NCBI GenBank assembly: GCA_036351155.1
Contig: JAZBOO010000191.1
Location: forward strand, 1 to 16,000
Length of the DNA: 16,000 nt
From: Candidatus Krumholzibacteriia bacterium
GTDB taxonomy: Bacteria; Krumholzibacteriota; Krumholzibacteriia; LZORAL124-64-63
Direction: 5' to 3'
Position numbers and translations under genes: made by a program. The notes below the pieces were generated by a model. The model saw only the letters and a list, made by a program, of their open reading frames with translations, was not told the DNA's origin and ran no database searches. This document shows, one piece after another, positions 8,057-15,416 of the stretch (position 1 is the stretch's first letter; every line of letters begins with the position of its first letter).

Positions 8057-9079
8057 ATGTACCTGTTGCTCCTGATCATGCTGGCTCTGGGGCAAACCGG
8101 TGGGGATGTTTTGCCGGATCACCCCGCCGAACTGCCCCCGCTTGCACCCGACACGACTTTTCCGCGCTGCACGGCCGCTGAGCTGGAATCGGCCGGTTTT
8201 CCCGACCACATGCATGCCCACCTGTGGCCCAGCTGGCAGGTGCTGACCGATGACCATGGTGTCCCCTACGGCCCCGGCGCGTTCTGTGACCGGAAGACGG
8301 TCCTGCCCCGGGAAGGCCTGGTCATCGGCGAGGATTTCAAGGCCTTCGGCTATTACAAAGTGAAGCACAACCCCGCCTACGCGGCCTGCGACATGCTGCC
8401 GCTTCTGGAGCTTTTGATCTGGGCCGACCGATCAACCGAACAGCTGCTGGGATTGACGGCCCGGGACACGATGACGGTCATCTCGCCGGACAATATTCCC
8501 AGCTACCGGAAGATCACCGGGCAGGATGTGTGGCGTCTGTACGCCCTGCGCAAGGATGTGGTGGTGATCGAGCCCCTCGGCACCCTGCAGGCCCGCTCGC
8601 TGGATGCCCACGCGGCCTTCGCCCTGGTGACGGACTGGCTGTTGCGGGAGAACCTGCCGGCGCCCCTGCCGTCCTGGCTGCACTTCGGGCTGACCGAGTA
8701 TCTGTCGGAAAACGGTGTGCATCTGAACAACTACATGCTGCAGTTTCGCGAGCAGGGCCCGGTCATGTTCAGCCCGTTGATCACCGACACCATCCTGTCC
8801 CAGCCGCCCGATCCCGACCGTGGGCGAGACCGCGAAATGTACCGCCGGGCCAGCTACAGCGCCTTTCTGATGGTGTGGCGGCTGGTGGAAGAGCGCGGGG
8901 GCCTTCAGGCCGTGCGGCAGCTTCTCGATGAGATCAAGCAGGGCGCTGCAGTGGACGAAGCGGCCCTCAAGGTTTACGGCGTCTCCATGAATGATCTTGC
9001 CAATCAGCTCGATCCGATGAAACTTGGAGAGCCTCAGGGCCAGGCGACCCAGTCGCGCAAGCCCCAGTCCCAACCCTGA
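8057..9079 (+). CDS. Hypothetical exported protein, C-terminal half resembling a peptidase MA-like (gluzincin) domain without HExxH
   Basis: Hydrophobic N-terminus MYLLLLIMLALG; LPSWLHFGLTEYLS and YSAFLMVWRLVEERGG...GAAVDEAALKVYGVS pattern. Starts 3 nt after the TPR stop. Confidence 0.7.
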   Translation: MYLLLLIMLALGQTGGDVLPDHPAELPPLAPDTTFPRCTAAELESAGFPDHMHAHLWPSWQVLTDDHGVPYGPGAFCDRKTVLPREGLVIGEDFKAFGYYKVKHNPAYAACDMLPLLELLIWADRSTEQLLGLTARDTMTVISPDNIPSYRKITGQDVWRLYALRKDVVVIEPLGTLQARSLDAHAAFALVTDWLLRENLPAPLPSWLHFGLTEYLSENGVHLNNYMLQFREQGPVMFSPLITDTILSQPPDPDRGRDREMYRRASYSAFLMVWRLVEERGGLQAVRQLLDEIKQGAAVDEAALKVYGVSMNDLANQLDPMKLGEPQGQATQSRKPQSQP

Positions 9080-9106
9080 CCCGAGCCCCCGAAAGGTTTT
9101 TCCTTC

Positions 9107-10603
9107 ATGAGTGACCTGAAGACTCCCCGTGTCCGCTTTGCGCCCAGTCCCACCGGTTTTTTGCACGTGGGCGGAGCGCGCACCGCGCTGTTCAACTGGC
9201 TTTACGCCCGCAGTCAGGGGGGCACCTTCGTGCTGCGCATCGAGGACACGGACCAGGAACGCAGCACCGAGGAAAGCTATGCCGCCATCTTGCGGGGCAT
9301 GAACTGGCTGGGTCTGGACTGGGACGAGGGACCGGGCAAGGGCGGCGATTTCGGGCCCTATCTACAGAGCGAGCGGCTGGACATCTACCGGGCGCATCTA
9401 CAGGAGCTGGTGGAGAAGGGCGCCGTTTACAAGTGTTTTTGCAGCGCCGAGGATCTGAAGGCGCGCGAGGAGGCCGCCGCCGCCGCAGGAGGGTTCTGGG
9501 AAGGCTATGATGGCCATTGCCGGGAACTGAGCGATGAGCAGATCGCCGCCCACGAGGCCGCGGGCAAGCCCTGCGCCTGGCGCTTCAAGACGCCCGGCGA
9601 CGGCAGCACCTTCTGGTACGATGTGATCGTGGACAAGCGGGAATTCCAGAACGAGACCCTGGTGGACCGGGTGATCATGAAGGCCGACGGCTTTCCCACC
9701 TACCAGTTCGCCTGCGTGGTGGACGATCACACCATGGGCATCACCCACGTGTTGCGGGGCGATGACCACGTGAGCAACACCCCGTTCCAGATCCTGATCT
9801 ACCAGGCCTTCGACTGGAAGGTGCCCAAGTTCGGGCACATGCCCATGATCCTGGGTCCGGACAAGAAGCGCCTGAGCAAGCGGCACGGGGCCACCAGTGT
9901 GGAGGAGTTTGCCAGTCAGGGCATCATTCCGGAGGCCATGGTCAACTACCTGGCGCTGCTGGGCTGGTCGCCCGGCGGCAACGCCGAGGAAGTGCTGAAA
10001 ACCCAGGCCATCGTGAGCAAGTTCAGCCTCAAGAAGGTGAACAAGAGCCCGGCGGCCTTCGACTATGACAAGCTGGGCCACATCAACAGCGAGCACATCA
10101 AGCGGTTGACGCCGGAAGAAAGACTGGAACTGGCCAAGCCCATCCTGGCCGAGCGCGGCTGGGAGCTGGATCCGGAGTGGCTGATCCACGAGGCCTCCGA
10201 CACGTCCAGTTACCTGGCCCGGGTGCTGGGCACCCTGGGCAACCGTTTCAGCAGCCTGATCACCCTGCCCGAGCAGATCGGCTTCTTCTTCACCGACGAT
10301 CACTGGGTGGACCAGGAAGTGTGGGATGAGAACGTGGGCCCGGACGAGGCCAAGCAGACGTTGATCACCCTGAGCGATGCCCTGGAGAAGCAGCTGGACC
10401 TGTCGCAAGCCCAGCCTGCCGCTGCGTTCGAGGATGTGGTAAGATCGGCTGCGGAAGACATGGGCGTGAAAGCCGGCCAGTTGATCCACCCCTCGCGGGT
10501 GGCCTTGACCGGACAGTCGCGCAGCGCCGGGATTTTCGAGGTCATGGAGCTCATGGGGGCGCGCCGCACCATCGCGCGGATGCGCAAGGCGGCCCAGGGG
10601 TAA
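9107..10603 (+). CDS. gltX: Glutamate--tRNA ligase
   Basis: RVRFAPSPTGFLHVGG (HIGH), LRIEDTDQER, GLDWDEGP, CFC...YDGHCR, VDDH, RGDDH, RLSKR (KMSKS) and a C-terminal helical anticodon-binding domain. Confidence 0.98.
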   Translation: MSDLKTPRVRFAPSPTGFLHVGGARTALFNWLYARSQGGTFVLRIEDTDQERSTEESYAAILRGMNWLGLDWDEGPGKGGDFGPYLQSERLDIYRAHLQELVEKGAVYKCFCSAEDLKAREEAAAAAGGFWEGYDGHCRELSDEQIAAHEAAGKPCAWRFKTPGDGSTFWYDVIVDKREFQNETLVDRVIMKADGFPTYQFACVVDDHTMGITHVLRGDDHVSNTPFQILIYQAFDWKVPKFGHMPMILGPDKKRLSKRHGATSVEEFASQGIIPEAMVNYLALLGWSPGGNAEEVLKTQAIVSKFSLKKVNKSPAAFDYDKLGHINSEHIKRLTPEERLELAKPILAERGWELDPEWLIHEASDTSSYLARVLGTLGNRFSSLITLPEQIGFFFTDDHWVDQEVWDENVGPDEAKQTLITLSDALEKQLDLSQAQPAAAFEDVVRSAAEDMGVKAGQLIHPSRVALTGQSRSAGIFEVMELMGARRTIARMRKAAQG

Positions 10604-10643
10604 CCGTTCTCGGCCGTGCCCGGCACAGCACGGAGGGTTTGCC

Positions 10644-12710
10644 GCGAAGAAGCTGCTGGGTATTCTGGGACGCTATTTTCTGGTCTGGGTGGTGTCGGTC
10701 CTGGCCTTGTTGCTGGCCGTATCCCTTTTGCCGGGGTTCCGGCTGGACACGGAGGTGCCGGGGTGGCGCATGGCCGTTCTGCGCCTGCCTGTGTATTTCG
10801 CCCTGGCGCTGATTGTGCTGCGGCCCGCTTTTCTTTTTCTCACGCTGCCCTTGAACAGCCTGACCCTGGGTGCCCCCACTCTCCTTTTCAACGGACTCAT
10901 CCTGTTTCTGACCGCCAAGGTCGAGCCGGCCATCGTCATCAACAACTACGGCGATGCCCTGGTGGGCACCCTGGTCATGACCGCGCTGTCCACCGGGGTG
11001 ACCGGATGGCTGGGGCTGGACGAAGCCTACCCCTTTTATCAGTCAGTCATCTACCGTCTGGGACGCAAGTTCGGCCCCACCACCCAGCGCAAGCCCTTGC
11101 GCGGTCTGCTCATCCTGCAGATCGACGGACTGAGCTACACCAGCCTGCAGAGGGTGTTGCAGGCCGGTCGTATGCCCACCATCAGCTCCATGCTGGCCAA
11201 GGGCACTCATCGCCTGTTGCGGTGGCACTGTGGCATTCCCAGCAACACGCCGGCGGTGCAGGCGGGGCTTTTCTATGGCGATCGCGAGAACGTGGCCGGG
11301 TATCGGTGGTTCGATCGCGAGGCCCAGAAAATGCGGGCGGTGAGCAACCCCGAGGACCTGCGGCGGCTGGAAGAAGAGGTGGCCGCTGGTAAACCCGGTT
11401 TGCTGGCCGGCGGATCGGTGATCAACAGCTTCATGAGCGGCGGGGCGGCCAAGCGCCTGCTGACCGTGAGCGCAGTGGGCCAGAACAGCGACCACAGGCG
11501 CCAGGGCGAGCAGGCCGACTTCAACCTGTTCTTCCTGAGCCCTTTTGCCTACACCTCCGCGGTGATGGCGGCGGTCTGGGATTATGCGTCCGGCTTGGTT
11601 CTGGCGGTGGTGGGGAAGCTGCAGAAGGATCGGCCCCAGCTGAAGTTCAGCGTGCGCCGCGTGGCCCAGAAGGCGCTGGCCAACAGTTTTTTGCGGGACC
11701 TGAGTTTCTTCTGGTTGAAGCAGGACATGGTGCGTGGCGTGCCGGTCATCTATTCCAACTTCGTGGGGTACGACGATGTGGCCCACCATACAGGGCCCGA
11801 CACCTACGAGGCCCAGATCAGCCTGAGCGCCTTCGACCGGCGGCTGCGCAAGCTGCGGCGCCGGGCGGGATGGCAGTCGCCCATCCGCTATGACATCATC
11901 CTGCTTTCCGATCACGGGCAAACGCCCAGCATCCCCTACCGGATTCTTTACGGGGAGACCATCGAGCAGACCGTGAACGCCATGCTGGGCAAGTCGCTGG
12001 AGCATCCGGCCGATCCGGGGCGGTCGTTCAACCCGGACCGCAGTTACACGGCCCAGCTGCTGAGCCAGATGGATCAGGCGGGATCGTTCGGCCTGGGCTG
12101 GGCGGGGCGCAGGAGTCGACGCACGCTGGAGCAGATCGTGCCCACCCCACCCCGGGGGAGCAGCCTGAAGGTGGAAGACCGCAAGGTGGTGGTGTGCGTG
12201 TCGGGCAGCCTGGCGCATCTGTATTTCACCGGGTATGATCAACCTCTGTCGCTGGAAGAGGTGCTGGAGCTTTACCCGGGGATCGTGGAGGACCTGTCCC
12301 GGCACCCGGGGATCGGTTTCGTGGCGGCCAGCCGCCAGTTTGGCGATGCGGTGGCGATCTGTGATGACGGTATTCGCAACCTGATCACCGGAGAGAGGGG
12401 CGGAGCCAACGACCCGCTGGCCGGCCTGGGATCGCCCGATATCTGGGCCAGCGAGCTGGCCTCGCTGCTGAGCTTCCCGGACAGCGGCGACCTGATCATC
12501 AACGGGACCTGGCTCGAGGCCGAGCAGAAGGTCGTGGTCCTGGAAGAGCAGACCAGCAGCCACGGCGGACTGGGGGGCCGGCAAACCGAGCCCTTCGTGG
12601 TGTTGCCCCAGGCGTGGAGCACCTCGGTGATGGATTTTGAATCGCCCGAGGCCCTGCATGGGCTGATCCGTCGCGAACTCGCGAGGTACGGCCATTCGGC
12701 CGAGGAGTAG
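10644..12710 (+). CDS. Membrane protein: 4-TM holin-like/YvlD (DUF360) domain fused to an alkaline-phosphatase-superfamily (type I phosphodiesterase) domain
   Basis: N-terminal TM region with LIVLRP..LFLTLPLNSLTLG pattern. C-terminal QIDGL, PSNTP, YDDVAHH, LSDHGQ and SHGGLGG metal/nucleophile motifs. The 5' end is uncertain: the first canonical start is GTG 10689, but the frame and SD point to about 10644. Confidence 0.85.
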   Translation, partial: AKKLLGILGRYFLVWVVSVLALLLAVSLLPGFRLDTEVPGWRMAVLRLPVYFALALIVLRPAFLFLTLPLNSLTLGAPTLLFNGLILFLTAKVEPAIVINNYGDALVGTLVMTALSTGVTGWLGLDEAYPFYQSVIYRLGRKFGPTTQRKPLRGLLILQIDGLSYTSLQRVLQAGRMPTISSMLAKGTHRLLRWHCGIPSNTPAVQAGLFYGDRENVAGYRWFDREAQKMRAVSNPEDLRRLEEEVAAGKPGLLAGGSVINSFMSGGAAKRLLTVSAVGQNSDHRRQGEQADFNLFFLSPFAYTSAVMAAVWDYASGLVLAVVGKLQKDRPQLKFSVRRVAQKALANSFLRDLSFFWLKQDMVRGVPVIYSNFVGYDDVAHHTGPDTYEAQISLSAFDRRLRKLRRRAGWQSPIRYDIILLSDHGQTPSIPYRILYGETIEQTVNAMLGKSLEHPADPGRSFNPDRSYTAQLLSQMDQAGSFGLGWAGRRSRRTLEQIVPTPPRGSSLKVEDRKVVVCVSGSLAHLYFTGYDQPLSLEEVLELYPGIVEDLSRHPGIGFVAASRQFGDAVAICDDGIRNLITGERGGANDPLAGLGSPDIWASELASLLSFPDSGDLIINGTWLEAEQKVVVLEEQTSSHGGLGGRQTEPFVVLPQAWSTSVMDFESPEALHGLIRRELARYGHSAEE

Positions 12711-12747
12711 GCTGGAAGGGCCGGGGGCAAAAAAATGTGTGGTCCAC

Positions 12748-12776
12748 TTGCATCCCCAGGGCCCCCCGTATATATT
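12748..12776 (+). promoter_or_regulatory. Candidate sigma70 promoter for the tRNA pair
   Basis: TTGCAT (12748-12753), 17-bp spacer, TATATT (12771-12776), ending 12 nt before the tRNA-Gln 5' end. Confidence 0.75.
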
Positions 12777-12788
12777 TCGCCTCTTGAT

Positions 12789-12862
12789 TGCCCGGTCGTC
12801 CAACGGCAGGACAGCTGACTCTGGATCAGTCGATGAGGGTTCGAATCCTTCCCGGGCAACCA
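12789..12862 (+). tRNA. tRNA-Gln (anticodon CTG)
   Basis: Acceptor stem TGCCCGG/CCGGGCA, anticodon arm GCTGA-CTCTGGA-TCAGT, T-loop GGTTCGAATCC, encoded CCA. Confidence 0.97.
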
Positions 12863-12912
12863 CAAAATTGCGATAACCGCCGGATTCAAGTACAATCTGG
12901 TGGAGTTATTGT

Positions 12913-12988
12913 GCCCCGTTCGTCTAGTGGCCTAGGACGCTGGCCTCTCACGCCGGTAACACGGGTTCGAGTCCCGTACGGGGTACCA
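12913..12988 (+). tRNA. tRNA-Glu (anticodon CTC)
   Basis: Acceptor stem GCCCCGT/ACGGGGT, D arm CGTCTAGTGGCCTAGGACG, anticodon arm CTGGC-CTCTCAC-GCCGG, T arm ACGGGTTCGAGTCCCGT, encoded CCA. Confidence 0.97.
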
Positions 12989-12993
12989 AATTG

Positions 12994-13024
12994 AAGCCTC
13001 CCTCTTTTGAGGGGGGCTTTTTTT
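12994..13024 (+). terminator. Intrinsic terminator of the tRNA operon
   Basis: AAGCCTCCCTC-TTTT-GAGGGGGGCTT followed by a T-tract. Confidence 0.9.
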
Positions 13025-13106
13025 GTGTTTTGGGCTGGACTCAATTAATGGAGTCTCCGGAGAATTCGAGGGGGGCAAAGGGCCGAATGACTCCCTCACC
13101 ACCCCC

Positions 13107-13135
13107 TTGAATTCCGCCCAGAAACGGACTAGAAT
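13107..13135 (+). promoter_or_regulatory. Candidate sigma70 promoter for the lipoprotein gene
   Basis: TTGAAT (13107-13112), 17-bp spacer, TAGAAT (13130-13135). Confidence 0.6.
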
Positions 13136-13182
13136 CATTGTCCGAAACCGTTTGGATGGCGATTCGAACGAGGGGGATGGCG

Positions 13183-15078
13183 ATGAAGATGACGCATTAT
13201 TTCCGGATTTTTATTCTAGCTTCCGCCCTGCTGGTCGGCATGGTCTGGCTGATTGCCGGATGTGGCGGATCCGACACCGAACCCACCGGTCCCGGTGGAG
13301 GCAACGAGGCTCCCGTTTCCACGCACCTGATCGGATCAGAGGACCGACAGCGGATGAGTGACGCCGCCATGAGCTACGTCATGATGTTGCAGACCATGGA
13401 GCCCGCAGCCGCACGCGCGGCGCTGGTCGCCGATCTTGAGGAAACCGAGGGCGTGGCGGCAGCATCCCTTTTCGAGGACGGTTATTCCATTTTCGTTCGT
13501 CTGGAGAGCGGCCTGGACGTGGCCCTCAATACACTGGATCTGGCGGCGGTGAACGAAGGAGCGCAGGCCGCCTCGGCCGGACCGTCCGACGAGATCCCGG
13601 AGGGGGTGTTCGAGAACGCACCGGACAAGGGAGGCTTCAGCCCCGATGCCCACGCGCCAACGTCGCGCAAGGTGCTGATCCTCGTGGTCAACGGCCCGGA
13701 AATGCCCTTTGCGGCCGGAGCAGCGGCATTCATCGGCAATCAGTTCCAGCTCGCCGGCTGGGACGCCAGCGATATCAAGATCAAGACCCGGACCACGAGC
13801 ACGTCCACCGCCATCACACCGGACGACTTGCTGGACCTGGATGAATACGGAGTGGTGGTGCTCTTCGCCCACTCGCTGTACGGATCGCCGGATGGTGGGG
13901 ACGCCAGCCTTTACGTGCAGGCCTGTTCGGCGGTGGACTACGGCGCCGTGGCCAGCCCCGAGCGCAGTCGGCGCTGGAACGAATTGATCGACAGCGGCGT
14001 GCTGATTACCGGGGGCACCAGCGCCAGCGGAGACGAGTGCTTCTACCTACGCGAGGATTTCTTCGCCGCGGACTCAGATTCCCTTCCCGAGACTCTGTTC
14101 CAGCTCGTGACGCCCTTCGGCTCGCAGCTGATCACCCCCCTTGATCTGATGGGTGCGGGCAGCATCATGGGGTGGGACAACGTCTTCCGTGCCGGCGATG
14201 CCTATGCCAGCGTGCGCTATTTCTTCCAGGCCATGACCAGCGGTGCCGGTCCCAGCGACGGCGAGGTTTATGGACATGTCGGTCTGGAGAAGGAAAGTGT
14301 CAACCCGGAAGACGGCTCCCCTGCTGCCCTGGAAACCTTCGGCGAGGGCAGCCAGCTCTACCTTCCGGCCTGGGCCCATGTGCATTTCGAGGGATTGCCG
14401 GCCGGGACCGCGCTGGCGGGGATCGGCATCAACTACCTGGTGCTCATGGACGGTGGAATACCGCAACCGCGACTGATCCTGGACTCGGGTGCCGACGGCG
14501 ACATCGACCAGCTGGTCCCGGTGAGGGTCGAAGTCCTCGGCTCGGCCGTGGACGAGGATGAGATCACTCTGGCAGCGGTGCACTTCGAGACGGAGGTCGT
14601 CCCGGGTGAGAACAGCCTGACGGTCGATTTTTCGCGCCAGCATATCCAAGCGGTTCCTCTGCGAATGGATTTCGAGATGGCCAACGGACGCCTCTCGACA
14701 GCTTTCCTGAACTACTACCTGTTCGATGAAAATCCTTTTTCGAACCAATACCTTCTGTTCAACGACTTCTGGGTTGAGGGTCTGGAGATATACCAGCCTC
14801 TCATTAACGAGGGCGAGAACCTGTACATCCGCAGTGATCGTTGCTTCGACCACGAGCAGGTCCAGTACATCTGGGGGCACGACCCCATCGATGTTCCCGC
14901 CGGCCAGGTCGTCTATCTGGGGGGTGGAAGCTGCCAGTACGGGAACTACCTGCCGGACGACCTGACGTGGGACGAGGAGACGCAGCAGATGATCACCTAT
15001 CGGGAAGAGGTCAACAGCGCCTGGGCCCAGTTCCAGATCGACAATGCGGACGCCTGGATCGAAATCGTTTTCCAGTAG
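13183..15078 (+). CDS. Hypothetical acidic lipoprotein (~630 aa)
   Basis: MKMTHYFRIFILASALLVGMVWLIAG|C lipobox followed by a flexible GGSDTEPTGPGGG linker. G-rich SD (GAGGGG) upstream; alternative ATGs at 13177 and 13189. Confidence 0.82.
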   Translation: MKMTHYFRIFILASALLVGMVWLIAGCGGSDTEPTGPGGGNEAPVSTHLIGSEDRQRMSDAAMSYVMMLQTMEPAAARAALVADLEETEGVAAASLFEDGYSIFVRLESGLDVALNTLDLAAVNEGAQAASAGPSDEIPEGVFENAPDKGGFSPDAHAPTSRKVLILVVNGPEMPFAAGAAAFIGNQFQLAGWDASDIKIKTRTTSTSTAITPDDLLDLDEYGVVVLFAHSLYGSPDGGDASLYVQACSAVDYGAVASPERSRRWNELIDSGVLITGGTSASGDECFYLREDFFAADSDSLPETLFQLVTPFGSQLITPLDLMGAGSIMGWDNVFRAGDAYASVRYFFQAMTSGAGPSDGEVYGHVGLEKESVNPEDGSPAALETFGEGSQLYLPAWAHVHFEGLPAGTALAGIGINYLVLMDGGIPQPRLILDSGADGDIDQLVPVRVEVLGSAVDEDEITLAAVHFETEVVPGENSLTVDFSRQHIQAVPLRMDFEMANGRLSTAFLNYYLFDENPFSNQYLLFNDFWVEGLEIYQPLINEGENLYIRSDRCFDHEQVQYIWGHDPIDVPAGQVVYLGGGSCQYGNYLPDDLTWDEETQQMITYREEVNSAWAQFQIDNADAWIEIVFQ

Positions 15079-15120
15079 GTGCCCAGCACGGACTTCGCCT
15101 CGTCTTGCGTGCTGATGGAC

Positions 15121-15155
15121 AGGGGCGGACCGGGAAACCGGCCCGCCCCTTCCTT
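15121..15155 (+). terminator. GC-rich hairpin downstream of the lipoprotein gene, probable terminator
   Basis: AGGGGCGG-A-CCGG-GAAA-CCGG-C-CCGCCCCT with a GNRA tetraloop, followed by only a weak TCCTTC tail. Confidence 0.55.
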
Positions 15156-15416
15156 CACAAGTTACGGGCGCACCCTGACAACTTTCGCCTGAACGGGGTT
15201 CTGCAAAGATGGGGTTCACTGCAAGGATTCCATCGCGAACGGAATATTTGGTAGGCACAGGTATTGGAGTCCATGGAGTTCTACGGCTTCAAGGGGGTCA
15301 AGGAGTTGAGGAAGAGCAAGTGAGGGCAGGCATGAAGTGTACTGACCTCGCCATCCTCGGGTATTCAGTTAAATTGGGAAAAATTCCCCTTAACATCTAC
15401 CCGGGAGCCTTTCGAC

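Noticed and set aside
10644..11030. Holin-like domain as evidence of a prophage
   Set aside because: No endolysin, structural or integrase genes are present, and the domain is fused to a phosphoesterase.
11043..12863. 606-aa minus-strand ORF, and similar long antisense ORFs at 328-1167, 4582-5499, 7328-8368, 9398-10489 and 14074-15258
   Set aside because: These are shadow frames of GC-rich genes with no recognisable motifs. This one also runs through tRNA-Gln.
15196..15212. CTGCAAA resembles a tRNA-Cys anticodon loop
   Set aside because: The flanking bases do not form an anticodon stem and there is no D or T arm.
12970..15416. Integrative element at tRNA-Glu with a duplicated tRNA 3' end (att site)
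   Set aside because: There is no integrase, and the best match I noticed to the tRNA 3' end is only ACGGGGT (15193-15199), too short to mean anything.
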